From an uncultured Rhodopirellula sp. (GTDB taxonomy: Bacteria > Planctomycetota > Planctomycetia > Pirellulales > Pirellulaceae): a DNA stretch of 64,000 nt. This document shows, piece after piece, positions 42,720-53,049 of this stretch. The DNA lies in assembly GCA_964007735.1 (NCBI GenBank), contig CAXGAI010000019.1, positions 1 to 64,000 of the forward strand. Direction: 5' to 3'. The position numbers and the translations under genes are program-made. Each line of letters opens with the position of its first letter. Position 1 is the stretch's first letter. The notes beneath the pieces were generated by a model. That model was given only the letters and a program-made list of their open reading frames with translations, was not told where the DNA came from and did not search any database.

Positions 42720-44276
42720 ATGGTGGATAACCCACAAAGTGATGCGAAGCCCTCGAGAGCAGCGAACCCCAAGCTAGTGCGGCGGGAAACGCGCAAGGTA
42801 TTAATACTGCAGATTGCGCGGCAGATTGTGGGGATGGGCGCGGCAACTGCTCTTTATCGTTTACTCGGTCCCGAACCATTTGGGCTCTATGGTATGGTGA
42901 TCCCGCTACTCATGTTACCTCGGATGCCGGCCAAAGCGATGCGGATGGCCGCAGTTCAAACTAAAAAAATATCGGACAACGAGAGATCCGCCGTGTTTTA
43001 TCTCACAGTGCTGTTAGGCGCTGGCGCCGCATTACTGACCGGTGGTTTAGGCCATTTGTTCAGTAGGATTTATCAGGTTCCTGAACTCGTTTGGGTTAGC
43101 TGGGCTTTTGCTGGAACGACGCTTGCTGAGTCGTTCGGATTAACTCATTTGGCTTGCCAGCAGCGAGAGCTAAAGCTAGGAAAAATCGCGGGCATTCGAT
43201 TAGTTAGCCAGATCGCCGCGGTTGCGGTAGCGGTATTGGTAGCTGTTCAATTGCAGGCAGATGTTCTCGAGTTTGGTGTTTGGGCCTTGATCGCAATGGA
43301 ATACGTCCAGTTGTCCATGAATACATTAGGGTATTGGTACTTAGGCCGATGGCGTCCCGGCGGTTTGGTAAAGACCGATATAAAGCACCTTCTAAGCTTT
43401 GGCGGCAACTACTCTTTGAGTCGTTTGATTTTTTATACCGGCCAGAATATGGACAAGGTTTTGTTGGCATTCGTCTTGGGCGGGACACAGACCGGCCAGC
43501 GGTTATTGGGAATGTACACAGCAATGTACAATCTAATGATGAAGCCGGTTTATTTTGTGACGGATCCCGTAACCAGTGTGATGTTACCGTCCTTGTCACG
43601 AGCCAGAAATAATCCCAAAGATTTCTCTCGTATTGCGATCAGTTTTTATCGGTTTACAGCAATCTTGCTGATTCCGGCGGGCGTAGGATTGGCCGTGGTA
43701 AGTACCGATGTCGTAAGTTTGATTAGCGGCCCTGGCTGGGATGAGGCTGCAGTAATGTTACTCGCTTTGGCTCCCGCGATCTGTGTTCATGGGCTAATTA
43801 ATATTTCCGGCAGTCTCCTGGCCTCGGTCGGTCAGACGGGTCGATTGTTAGCAGCAGCCTCGATGCTCTTCCTGATTCAAGCCCAGGGTTATGCGGCAGC
43901 CTATTGGTTTGCCAGCCAGTTCGAATTTGGGCCAGACTTATCCGTTCACGATGCTTTTAGTGTGGCGGTGGCAGTGAGCTACTCGGTCGTTTTGATGGTC
44001 TTCACAGTGCCTTATCTGGCATTTTGTTTTTCACGAGTTCAACTTGCGATTGGTCCCTTATTACTGGAGTTTGGCCAGATTCTTGGCCGTTCGATGTTGA
44101 TGGGCATCACGGTTTGGTTTCTTCAGGACCAGATGGTTTCAAGCGGATGGAATTTATATCTTCGCTTGCCGATGGCTATCCTTGCAGGTGTTCTTGCCTA
44201 TTCAATTCTGATGTGGTCCCGGATTCAACAATCGGTTCTGCCGTTTATCAAGCGTGCCCATCAGGTGCAGGCATGA
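42720..44276 (+). CDS. Wzx-type oligosaccharide flippase
   Basis: RLLGPEPFGLYGM, many TM segments, RWRP, N.DKVL, LGMY..MY, VMLPSLSR. Confidence 0.88.
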   Translation: MVDNPQSDAKPSRAANPKLVRRETRKVLILQIARQIVGMGAATALYRLLGPEPFGLYGMVIPLLMLPRMPAKAMRMAAVQTKKISDNERSAVFYLTVLLGAGAALLTGGLGHLFSRIYQVPELVWVSWAFAGTTLAESFGLTHLACQQRELKLGKIAGIRLVSQIAAVAVAVLVAVQLQADVLEFGVWALIAMEYVQLSMNTLGYWYLGRWRPGGLVKTDIKHLLSFGGNYSLSRLIFYTGQNMDKVLLAFVLGGTQTGQRLLGMYTAMYNLMMKPVYFVTDPVTSVMLPSLSRARNNPKDFSRIAISFYRFTAILLIPAGVGLAVVSTDVVSLISGPGWDEAAVMLLALAPAICVHGLINISGSLLASVGQTGRLLAAASMLFLIQAQGYAAAYWFASQFEFGPDLSVHDAFSVAVAVSYSVVLMVFTVPYLAFCFSRVQLAIGPLLLEFGQILGRSMLMGITVWFLQDQMVSSGWNLYLRLPMAILAGVLAYSILMWSRIQQSVLPFIKRAHQVQA

Positions 44277-45616
44277 GTGGTGACCGTGCAAAAAATGTGA
44301 TTTGCTTTGTTGCCATGCTTGTAATATTTGTGATGGCTCTCATTATTGATCGAGCTGGAGTTACGCCCACCACTCGTTATGTTGCCTATGGCATTTCCAC
44401 CATTGGTTTAATTTGTCTTTCAACGCTTATTGGTAAACCATTATCTATACGGCCTGGCAGTAAAGTTTTAGAGCAGCTTGGTGAACAGGCCGACCCGCTT
44501 ATGGCCTGGGAAGAAGAACTTTCTAATCAAAAAGTGACGATGGAGATGTTGGCAAGGCAACTTGACCAACGTCACGCTAATTTGTCACAGAAGCTGATTG
44601 CATTTCATGAGTGGTCTGAGTTTCCGGCTCCGATCGATCTTGATGATGGCTTGCAGGCAGCGGTCGCGCGAGGAGATTTACCTGCCGATAAAGTTTTAGC
44701 TGAACAGGTGGAAAAGGATCGTCAGACGATCGAGTTTTTGGAGCAGGAATCGAAGAGGATTTTTGAAAATATCCTGCAAAACAAATACACAATCGAAGGC
44801 CAACTGCAGATTCGCATGCTGCGCAATGAGGCATTGGGAATAGCGGAGTCGGTTGCTCGAATTTATCAACCGGAAGCAGAGTTTCCTTTAATGGAAACCA
44901 GTGCTGAGCAAATTATGTTTGCCGCTAGCCGGGTTTGTTTACAGACGTTAGTTGTAATGGATGAGCTTCCCTTGAACGTGAAGCAAATGAATATTCAGAG
45001 CCTGTACGGGTACATCTCCAAAGCGGTGAAAGCGTATGGCGTCTATAAGAAGGCGAAACCTTTGCTCGACTATGCCAGCGGTGCTGTGTATGCCGGGCGG
45101 TTTGCCTGGGGAGCCAATCCGGTGGCGACCGGTGCTATGTGGCTGCTGCAAAACGTAGGTAAGAAAGCGGCCTCTAATGTTGCCGGGAAATATCTCAATG
45201 AGCAGGCCATGGGGTTATTGAGTAACGTCATTCATGCGGTGGGATTCGAAGCCGCCCAGATTTATGGCGGCGATTTCCGACATCGGGACTCTAACTGGAT
45301 TTATGGCGTTGAACTGATTGAGACGGTGAATCATTTTCAGTTTGATCGAGAGTCTTTGATAGCGGCGCTGGAAGAACTGGGGTCTTTGAAGCTTCGCAGT
45401 GAATACGATCGTGTTTTTTTATATCGTTGTATGGCGGTTGGAAGAAGTCCCGATGCTCGAAGATATCGCGCGTCGAAGATTTTAACAGAGGAACAGAAGC
45501 AGACGATCTATTTAAAAATTGGAGAATACCTGAAGACACACTATGAAGGACTGGATGCAAACAGAATAGAAAGCTGGCGTACGCAACTCCGAAAACATCT
45601 TGATTTGAAGAGTTAG
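44273..45616 (+). CDS. Hypothetical protein with two N-terminal TM helices and a coiled coil
   Basis: ATGA overlap with the flippase stop codon fixes the start at 44273; long open frame. Confidence 0.75.
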   Translation: MSGDRAKNVICFVAMLVIFVMALIIDRAGVTPTTRYVAYGISTIGLICLSTLIGKPLSIRPGSKVLEQLGEQADPLMAWEEELSNQKVTMEMLARQLDQRHANLSQKLIAFHEWSEFPAPIDLDDGLQAAVARGDLPADKVLAEQVEKDRQTIEFLEQESKRIFENILQNKYTIEGQLQIRMLRNEALGIAESVARIYQPEAEFPLMETSAEQIMFAASRVCLQTLVVMDELPLNVKQMNIQSLYGYISKAVKAYGVYKKAKPLLDYASGAVYAGRFAWGANPVATGAMWLLQNVGKKAASNVAGKYLNEQAMGLLSNVIHAVGFEAAQIYGGDFRHRDSNWIYGVELIETVNHFQFDRESLIAALEELGSLKLRSEYDRVFLYRCMAVGRSPDARRYRASKILTEEQKQTIYLKIGEYLKTHYEGLDANRIESWRTQLRKHLDLKS

Positions 45617-45730
45617 CTAAAAACAAAGTCGCTACCTGTTGGGCCATGGCGCTTCATCCGGCATAATGAAAACGGCACAAATAACGACTTCCCTAATTCC
45701 TCAGGATCAGGCTAAGCAGGTAACCAAGCG

Positions 45731-47011
45731 ATGGCAAACTTACCAAAAGTATTCAAAGTGCGACAGCATTTCCAGGCAGTCGAATGCGAAGATGTCGCAA
45801 TGGAAGTGGAAGTGCAGTTAACGCGGCTGGATCTTGGCCAAAAAATCAAGCCGGGAGATACGGTTGCCATCTCTGCAGGGAGTCGGGGTATAGCCAACAT
45901 GCACATTGCCATCCGCGGGATTGTACAGCACATTCAGGCATTAGGCGGTGCGCCTTTTGTTGTGCCGGCAATGGGAAGTCACGGTGGAGGTACTGCGGAA
46001 GGCCAGCGCGCGATCATTGAAGGTTACGGCATGTCGGAACAATTCCTCGGTTGCCCGATCAAGGCCTCGATGGAGACACACATCGTTTGTCAGGCTGCCG
46101 AAGGGTTTCCGGTTCATTTCGATAAGCACGCCTGGGAAGCAGACCATGTTGTTGTCTGTAACCGCGTCAAACCACACACTAATTTTGCTGGTGATATCGA
46201 GAGTGGCTTGATGAAGATGATGCTGATCGGGCTTGGTAAGCATAATGGGGCGAAGATTTATCACCGGGCTATCAACGACTACAGTTTTGGCCAAATCGTG
46301 CGCAGCGTTGCAAAGGAAGTACTCGATAAGTGTGGAGTGGTTGCAGGCTTGGCCTTGGTTGAAAACCAATTCGATCACACCGCTTTGGTGGAAGCCGTAG
46401 CACCTGAAAAATTTGAAGAACGGGAAAAAGAACTTCTGATTCTGGCTAAGAAGTACATGCCAAGCCTCCCTTTTGAAGAAGTACAGTTTTTAGCTATTGA
46501 TGAGATGGGCAAAGATATTAGTGGTTCAGGTATGGACACAAACGTGATTGGTCGTAAGTACAACGACCATCGTGCAACAGGTGATGAAACACCACGGGTG
46601 AAGTACATCGCAATGCGAGGCCTCACTCCGGTCACCCATGGAAACGCAACCGGTCTGGGGATGGCGGAGTTCTGCCGTAGTCGGGTAGCCCGGGAAGTGG
46701 ATCACAAGATTACTCGGATCAACTGCATTACCGGGGGCCATATTACGGCTGCCATGAGTCCGCTTGACTACGAAACAGATGCTGAGATTTTTGATGTGAT
46801 CTCACAGTCAGTGGGTTTGACCGAACCACAGGATATTCGTTTTGTATGGATCCGCAACACGCTTAATGTAGCTGAGTTTGTATGTAGTGAAGCCTATTTA
46901 GATCAAGTGCAGGCTCGAGAAGACCTGGAGCAACTCAGTGATTTACAGGAACTCCCCTTTGATGACGCAGGCAATCTACCAGACTTCGTTTCTGATGCGT
47001 TAAATGGCTGA
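45731..47011 (+). CDS. Lactate-racemase-domain (LarA-like/DUF2088) protein
   Basis: VAISAGSRGI, PAMGSHGGGTAEGQ, NRVKPHT, ESGLMKM..IGLGK, GKDISGSGMDTNV. Confidence 0.8.
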   Translation: MANLPKVFKVRQHFQAVECEDVAMEVEVQLTRLDLGQKIKPGDTVAISAGSRGIANMHIAIRGIVQHIQALGGAPFVVPAMGSHGGGTAEGQRAIIEGYGMSEQFLGCPIKASMETHIVCQAAEGFPVHFDKHAWEADHVVVCNRVKPHTNFAGDIESGLMKMMLIGLGKHNGAKIYHRAINDYSFGQIVRSVAKEVLDKCGVVAGLALVENQFDHTALVEAVAPEKFEEREKELLILAKKYMPSLPFEEVQFLAIDEMGKDISGSGMDTNVIGRKYNDHRATGDETPRVKYIAMRGLTPVTHGNATGLGMAEFCRSRVAREVDHKITRINCITGGHITAAMSPLDYETDAEIFDVISQSVGLTEPQDIRFVWIRNTLNVAEFVCSEAYLDQVQAREDLEQLSDLQELPFDDAGNLPDFVSDALNG

Positions 47012-47016
47012 CAAGG

Positions 47017-47889
47017 CTATAGTTCTGCCCCGCAATACTTGCAGTATTTTGCGTCGTCATCATGCCCTTCTTTAGTGCATGACGGACAAGCCTGCGTGTT
47101 CGTTTGAGCTTTTGAAGCCGCAATGATTTCCACGGAAAAGATTCCGCTAGGAACGATGATGATGGCATAGCCAAGAATCATGGCAATGGCGGCAATGGTC
47201 TGCCCGGGAATAGTTTGAGGTGCAATGTCGCCGTAGCCGACGGTGGTAATGGTGACAATTGCCCAGTAAATGCTTTTAGGGATCGATGTGAAGTCCGAGC
47301 TTTCGCTGAATTGGTTTTCAATGACGTAAACGGTTGTTCCCATTACCATAATTAAGCTCATCACAACTAATAGGAATACGATAATTTTGGGGCGTGCTGC
47401 CTTGAGTGCCTCGAGCAACACACGTGATTCCTGAACATAGTTGTTGAGCTTGAAGATTCTAAATACGCGGATTAACCGAAACACACGCACCACGGACAGA
47501 GATTGTGAACGAGGAATGATCAGGCCCACATAGGTGGGCAGGACTGAAAGTAGATCAACGATCCCCCAAAAACTGAAGATGTAACGTAAGGGTTGCCGCA
47601 CGCAAGCGATTCGCAACGCATATTCAATACTGAAACCGATAGTAATTGCCCATTCCATCAGATTTAATGCGGCTCCAAAACGATTTTCAATCGCTTCGAC
47701 ACTTTGCAGCATCACAATCAGCACACTGATAACAATGGCAATTAACAGGCTTACATCAAAAGCTTTACCTTTGGGTGTATCGGCTTCAAAAATGATTTCA
47801 TGCCAACGGAATCGCCAGTCGGCCGCCTTGTTTGCTTCTGGCGGTGCTTCAGCAGCAGGTTTTTCGGAAAGTTTTTCAGGATCAGTCAT
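47017..47889 (-). CDS. Voltage-gated-type potassium channel (6TM)
   Basis: S4 helix VRVFRLIRVFRIFK, filter TTVGYGD, C-terminal CxxC...CxxC ribbon. Confidence 0.93.
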   Translation of the reverse strand: MTDPEKLSEKPAAEAPPEANKAADWRFRWHEIIFEADTPKGKAFDVSLLIAIVISVLIVMLQSVEAIENRFGAALNLMEWAITIGFSIEYALRIACVRQPLRYIFSFWGIVDLLSVLPTYVGLIIPRSQSLSVVRVFRLIRVFRIFKLNNYVQESRVLLEALKAARPKIIVFLLVVMSLIMVMGTTVYVIENQFSESSDFTSIPKSIYWAIVTITTVGYGDIAPQTIPGQTIAAIAMILGYAIIIVPSGIFSVEIIAASKAQTNTQACPSCTKEGHDDDAKYCKYCGAEL

Positions 47890-47959
47890 GTAGTTGATTC
47901 TAAGCAGAGAGACGATCAAGGGTAAATAAGTTCTTTTGTCGGTGTATGATATGTTGGTT

Positions 47960-49378
47960 ATGCCTGAACCAGATTTCGAAAATTCGAAACGCACTTTATC
48001 GGCCATGGATGCGGCCTGCATCATTGTGGGAATAATCATTGGTGCCGGAATCTACCGCACAACGCCCACTATCGCTGCTGTCACGACAGATGCGTATTGG
48101 CTAATCGGTGTTTGGGTATTAGGCGGTTGTTTAGCGCTGATGGGCGCTCTCTGTTATGTCGAGTTAGCAACGAGTATTCCTGATGTGGGTGGAGAGTATG
48201 CTTACCTGCGCCGAGGCTTTAATGATTCAACGGCGACGGTCTATGCCTGGATTGAATTTTGGATTATTCGTCCGGGAAGCACGGGGCCGATGGCGATTCT
48301 ATTTGGAGAATATGCTCATCGGGTTCTTCCTTTGGCAGAGAATGAGATGTTCAGTGGAGTCATTTACGCTGTTCTCGCTACTGTTGCGATGTTGGCAGTT
48401 AATTTGAGAGGACTGAAAACGGGTAAGCGGACTCAGAATGTACTGACCGGTGTTAAAGTGATTGCCTTGTTGCTGCTGATCATCGTTTCCTTTGCGGCAG
48501 TCTTTCTGGGTGCAGAAGTGTCAGCTTCTCAACCGGTTGTCGAAGAACAGGCCAGTCAATCGGCGGGCGGTTTTTTGCTTGCCATGGTGCTAGTAATGTT
48601 TACTTACGGTGGCTGGAACGATGTTTCGTTTGTGGCATCCGAAGTAAAAGAACCGGAGAAGAATATCCTTCGTGGATTGTTAGTCGGCATTTTCATCGTG
48701 GTTGTAATTTATATTTTGATCAATATCGCCATGGTAATGACGCTTGGCCAGCAGGGACTAGCGAGTTCAAAAACACCGGCAACGGATATGTTGTCTCTGA
48801 CGGCGGGTGAACATGCAGAAAAGCTAATGGCAGTTTTGATTTGTATTTCCGCCTTAGGGGCTGTGAATGCAATGTTATTTACCAGCGCTCGAATCTATCA
48901 TGCTCTGGGGCGACAGGTTTCTGCATTCCATTGGCTAGGCCAATGGAATCATCGTCTCCATGTACCCGCTCGGTCGTTGCTGTTGCAGACCATAGTCATA
49001 TTGATGATGGTGGTTGGGTTTGGTTTGCAGGAAGATGGCTTTGAATTATTGGTGTTGTTTGTGTCACCGTTTATGTGGACGTTTCTCACCTTGGTGGGCA
49101 TTTGTGTGTTTCGAGCACGCCACAAAGGTTTGGGAGATGAGGAAAGTTATCGAACCCCTTTCTACCCGTTATTGCCGATGCTATTTACGGTTTCTAGCTT
49201 GTTCATGGTCTATCGCAGTTTGAGCTACTTGGACTTGCAAATTGAAGAACAAAAGTTAGTTGACAACAGTTTTTTCATTTTCTTATCCATCTTTACGGGG
49301 CTGGTGGTTGTCTCAGCAGCGGGGGTCGCCATTTGGTCTGGCCCCCATAAGCCCAACGCCCGCAAACCAGCGGAATAA
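47960..49378 (+). CDS. APC-family amino acid permease
   Basis: VGIIIGAGIY, GALCYVELAT.IP..GGEY.YL, FTYGGWN, YRTPFYP. Confidence 0.92.
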   Translation: MPEPDFENSKRTLSAMDAACIIVGIIIGAGIYRTTPTIAAVTTDAYWLIGVWVLGGCLALMGALCYVELATSIPDVGGEYAYLRRGFNDSTATVYAWIEFWIIRPGSTGPMAILFGEYAHRVLPLAENEMFSGVIYAVLATVAMLAVNLRGLKTGKRTQNVLTGVKVIALLLLIIVSFAAVFLGAEVSASQPVVEEQASQSAGGFLLAMVLVMFTYGGWNDVSFVASEVKEPEKNILRGLLVGIFIVVVIYILINIAMVMTLGQQGLASSKTPATDMLSLTAGEHAEKLMAVLICISALGAVNAMLFTSARIYHALGRQVSAFHWLGQWNHRLHVPARSLLLQTIVILMMVVGFGLQEDGFELLVLFVSPFMWTFLTLVGICVFRARHKGLGDEESYRTPFYPLLPMLFTVSSLFMVYRSLSYLDLQIEEQKLVDNSFFIFLSIFTGLVVVSAAGVAIWSGPHKPNARKPAE

Positions 49379-49510
49379 GCTCACTCAGCAAAAAATGCCA
49401 AACGTTTTCATAAGATATCAAAAGGCTTGACATCCGCTTGCCCGAAGTGGGAATTATAGTGAATGAAGACAGTAATTGGCCTGTTTAGAAGAAACCTGTT
49501 AGGAATGGAA

Positions 49511-50704
49511 ATGGCCGGATCAAAAAAACAAGAAACATCCAGCAACCTCCCGGGCACTAACCTGCAGCAGCGTTTAAATGCCACGGTGCCCCATAATATG
49601 CCGCTTTATCTGGCATCTGTTTGGCAGTGTGAATCTACGGAACAGGCGGATCGCCTGCTGGCTGGCGAGTTGGATGGATATGTATACCAACGAGACCGCC
49701 ATCCCAATGCCGACTTGTTTGCAGAAGCCTGCCAACTCTTACATCAGGCAGAGCGTGTAGCAATCACATCATCCGGCATGGCGGCGATTTCATTGGCAGT
49801 GTTTTCTCAGCTTCAATCTGGAGATCACCTCCTGGTAAGCAATCAACTCTACGGTCGCACAACATTGCTTTTAACCTCTGAATTGCAAAGGCTGGGAATC
49901 AAATGCTCTTTGATTGATCCCTATGATTTAGAATCAGTACGCAATGCAGTCACTTCTGAAACGAGGATGATTGTCGTCGAAACGATTGCGAATCCACTGT
50001 TGCGAATAGTCGATATCAGAGGTTTAGCACAGATCGCGCACGCTGCCGATGCGTTGTTGCTGGTTGACAATACTTTTGCCACGCCAGCTATTTGTAAACC
50101 GCTTACACTGGGTGCTGATTTGGTGATGGAAAGCGTTAGTAAGTTTATCAATGGGCATGGAGATGTGATGCTTGGTATGTTGGCTGGACGGGAAGAGCAC
50201 TGGACTCGGGTTGCTATGGTGAATGCAGCCTGGGGCTTTGCCAGCAGCCCGCTGGAATGTTGGTTAGCCTGTCGCGGTATTTCCACATTGACTTTGCGAA
50301 TGCAGCAGGCGTGTACAACGGCTCAGGCGGCAGCCGAATTGCTGGCAGAACGGGAAGATGTTGAATCGGTGCAATATCCGGGACTGGAGAGCCATCCTGA
50401 CCATGCTTTAGCCAGCGAGCAGTTTATCAATGGATTTGGTCATATGGTGACTTTTCGACTGCCGGGTGGCCGGGCCGCTGCCGACAAGGTCATTGCTAGC
50501 GGAGAGATTCCTTTTTGCCCGTCACTTGGAGATGTTTCCACGACCCTGAGCCATCCCACTTCGACTAGTCACCGAGGGCTCTCCGAGCAGCAGCGAGTGG
50601 CATTAGGTATCACCGAGGGAACGATTCGTTTATCTGTAGGTGTTGATCCAACAGAAAATGTGCTTGGTAATTTAGAAAAAGCGCTGGATGAGGCATCAGA
50701 ATAG
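49511..50704 (+). CDS. PLP-dependent trans-sulfuration enzyme (cystathionine gamma-synthase/lyase family)
   Basis: YQR..HPN, SSGMAAI, ETIANP, VDNTFATP, ESVSKFINGHGD, SLG.V.T...HP...SH. Start uncertain (49463/49505/49511). Confidence 0.9.
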   Translation: MAGSKKQETSSNLPGTNLQQRLNATVPHNMPLYLASVWQCESTEQADRLLAGELDGYVYQRDRHPNADLFAEACQLLHQAERVAITSSGMAAISLAVFSQLQSGDHLLVSNQLYGRTTLLLTSELQRLGIKCSLIDPYDLESVRNAVTSETRMIVVETIANPLLRIVDIRGLAQIAHAADALLLVDNTFATPAICKPLTLGADLVMESVSKFINGHGDVMLGMLAGREEHWTRVAMVNAAWGFASSPLECWLACRGISTLTLRMQQACTTAQAAAELLAEREDVESVQYPGLESHPDHALASEQFINGFGHMVTFRLPGGRAAADKVIASGEIPFCPSLGDVSTTLSHPTSTSHRGLSEQQRVALGITEGTIRLSVGVDPTENVLGNLEKALDEASE

Positions 50705-50805
50705 CTGGTTTTTCAGAATTCCACACTGGTGGTGGATTCACCTGTGCTCTAAACTCAGTAAATAAGAACTACTTATCAATCTGACCTTAATTTTTGGGAG
50801 TCTGA

Positions 50806-51027
50806 ATGAACAAAAAAGAAGAAGCACTTGAAGTTGAGGGCACAGTAACTCAGGCACTTGCGAACACTCGTTTTCGCGTACAATTGGAGAATGGTGCGGA
50901 GGTTTTGGCACATGTTGCTGGCCGTATGCGTAAGCACTTTATTCGTATTGTACCGGGTGATAAAGTTCGCGTAGAGCTGTCCCCTTATGACCTTACGAAA
51001 GGTCGCATCACTTACCGTGAACGGTAA
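50806..51027 (+). CDS. infA: Translation initiation factor IF-1
   Basis: [53 protein letters not shown]. Confidence 0.98.
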   Translation: MNKKEEALEVEGTVTQALANTRFRVQLENGAEVLAHVAGRMRKHFIRIVPGDKVRVELSPYDLTKGRITYRER

Positions 51028-51284
51028 GTGCAAGTGTTTTTTGAGTTCATTCAAAATTAAGCTAATAGAATCGACACTTTTGCGGATTGTCAGTGTTACA
51101 CGAGTGTCGGTCGATTCGATTGGTGAAAAACCATCCGTTTTGGATCTTTGGTTCAAAAGTGAACTTTTCGGCAAGGACGCTGACTTTAGTACGGCACTGA
51201 GGTGCTAAAATAATAAAATAAGATTTGCGCTGCACTGTGACAGCGTCCCCATATAGACTTTTCATGACTGCAGGAGAATCCCTG

Positions 51285-52943
51285 ATGTTGAAACTAATCA
51301 AGCAGCAATGGCTAACAGTGTTGTTGGTATTAAGTGTCGGTGTAACACCAGCACTTGCTCAGGTTCAATCAGCCAAGCCAATGGCGGTGATTGCGATCAA
51401 CAATTACAACGACCTTTCCAAAGATATTGGATGGGTGGCGGATATGGTAGGCCCTCCGGGCACATCAGCCATGATTGAAGCTCAAGGCGCTCAATTCGCC
51501 CAAATGTTTGATACGACAAAGCCGATTGGAATTGTGGTTCAGTCGGACGGTGTGTTGGGAGCAAAAGTTCTGGGCTTTATTCCAACCAATAACCTTCAAC
51601 AGCTCGTAGGAATGCTCGCACTGTTTGGTATGACTGCTCAGCCAACGGATGGCGGCCTGCTCGAATTACAAACTGGTGCAACGCCGGTTTATATCAAAGA
51701 AGGTCAGGGCTGGGCTTTCGTTTCAAATAATAAAGAAACGCTGGCAAATGTTCCGGCAGATCCAGTGCCGCTTCTTGGTGGTTTGGAAAAAGAGTACGAT
51801 GTCGCCATAAAAGGTAATGTCGACGCTGTTCCTCCGGTTTTCATGCAACTTGCGATGAGCCAGGTTCAGGCAGGTCTTCAAGCGTCTACGGCTCAGCCTT
51901 TACCGGGCGAGACCGAGCAGGCTTTTGAGGCCAGAAGAGCTCAGGCAATGCAGTCCATGGAAGAAATGCAAAAAGCATTGAATGATATGAAATCATTGAC
52001 AGTAGGTCTTAATATTGATCAGACCAGAGAGTCCGTTTACTTTGATTTTGGATTTGACTTCAAAGAAGGTTCGGAATCTGCTCGATCGATGGACTATAGT
52101 GATGTCACGACAAACCTTTCCGCATTTGCAGGTGACAATGCAGCGGTCACCATGTCGATGGCTGGTAAAATTGATCCCATTCAGGGAGCTCAGGCGGCAG
52201 CTCAGATTGATATGGTACGTGATCAGGCTTTGAATCAGTTGGAAAATGATCCCAATATTCCAACGGAAGAATTACGTGCTATAGCCATCAAGTCGGTTGC
52301 AACGCTCGTCGATGTAGTCAATGGAACGATGGCCGCAGGTGAATTTGATATGGCTGCCAGTATGACCATGGACGATGGCATGGGTGCCATTGGTGCGGTT
52401 CGTGCAGCTCAGGCTGATTCACTAGAGGCCGTTTTCCGAGAGCTTGTTACAGTAGCTAAAGAGCAGGACCCAGAATTCCCCCCAGTTCAATTAGATGCAT
52501 TAAAGCATGCGGGCGCTACATTCCACACCATGAGCATCCCCATTCCTCCGTTTGATCCTCAAACTCAGGCAATCTTTGGCGAAGCCGTCGATATCTCCGT
52601 TGGAATGAGTGAAGATTATATCTACTTTGGTCTTGGCAAAGGAAATTTGGAAAAGATCAAGTCAGCGATAGACGTATCAGCAGCTAACAAAGGGGTAGAG
52701 GCAGACGTAATGAAAATGGAAATGTCTGCTTCCAAGATTCTGACTTTTGCGGCTGAACAGGCACAGGATCCAACGCTTCAGCAAGCTGCTTCTGCGGCTG
52801 GCAGCAAAGATAAAGCCCGAATGATGATAATACCTATCGAAAACGGAGCTAAGTTCCGTATGGAATTAGAGTCTGGAGTATTGAAGGCGATTTCTATAGG
52901 AGCGCAAGCCCTCCAGCCTCAACTTGATGAGAGCCCTTTCTAG
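51285..52943 (+). CDS. Exported hypothetical protein
   Basis: CAGGAGA RBS, signal peptide ending ALA-Q, long open frame, downstream terminator. Confidence 0.8.
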   Translation: MLKLIKQQWLTVLLVLSVGVTPALAQVQSAKPMAVIAINNYNDLSKDIGWVADMVGPPGTSAMIEAQGAQFAQMFDTTKPIGIVVQSDGVLGAKVLGFIPTNNLQQLVGMLALFGMTAQPTDGGLLELQTGATPVYIKEGQGWAFVSNNKETLANVPADPVPLLGGLEKEYDVAIKGNVDAVPPVFMQLAMSQVQAGLQASTAQPLPGETEQAFEARRAQAMQSMEEMQKALNDMKSLTVGLNIDQTRESVYFDFGFDFKEGSESARSMDYSDVTTNLSAFAGDNAAVTMSMAGKIDPIQGAQAAAQIDMVRDQALNQLENDPNIPTEELRAIAIKSVATLVDVVNGTMAAGEFDMAASMTMDDGMGAIGAVRAAQADSLEAVFRELVTVAKEQDPEFPPVQLDALKHAGATFHTMSIPIPPFDPQTQAIFGEAVDISVGMSEDYIYFGLGKGNLEKIKSAIDVSAANKGVEADVMKMEMSASKILTFAAEQAQDPTLQQAASAAGSKDKARMMIIPIENGAKFRMELESGVLKAISIGAQALQPQLDESPF

Positions 52944-52966
52944 GACTTGCAATCTAAACTGAATTC

Positions 52967-53005
52967 ACAGCGGTGTCTGGCATAAGTTTGGGCGCCGCTG
53001 TTTTT
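52967..53005 (+). terminator. Intrinsic terminator
   Basis: ACAGCGGTGTC-loop-GGCGCCGCTGT-TTTT. Confidence 0.7.
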
Positions 53006-53049
53006 CGTTCTACCCATTCATTTGTCTATTCGTTTATGAAGGTTCTCAA

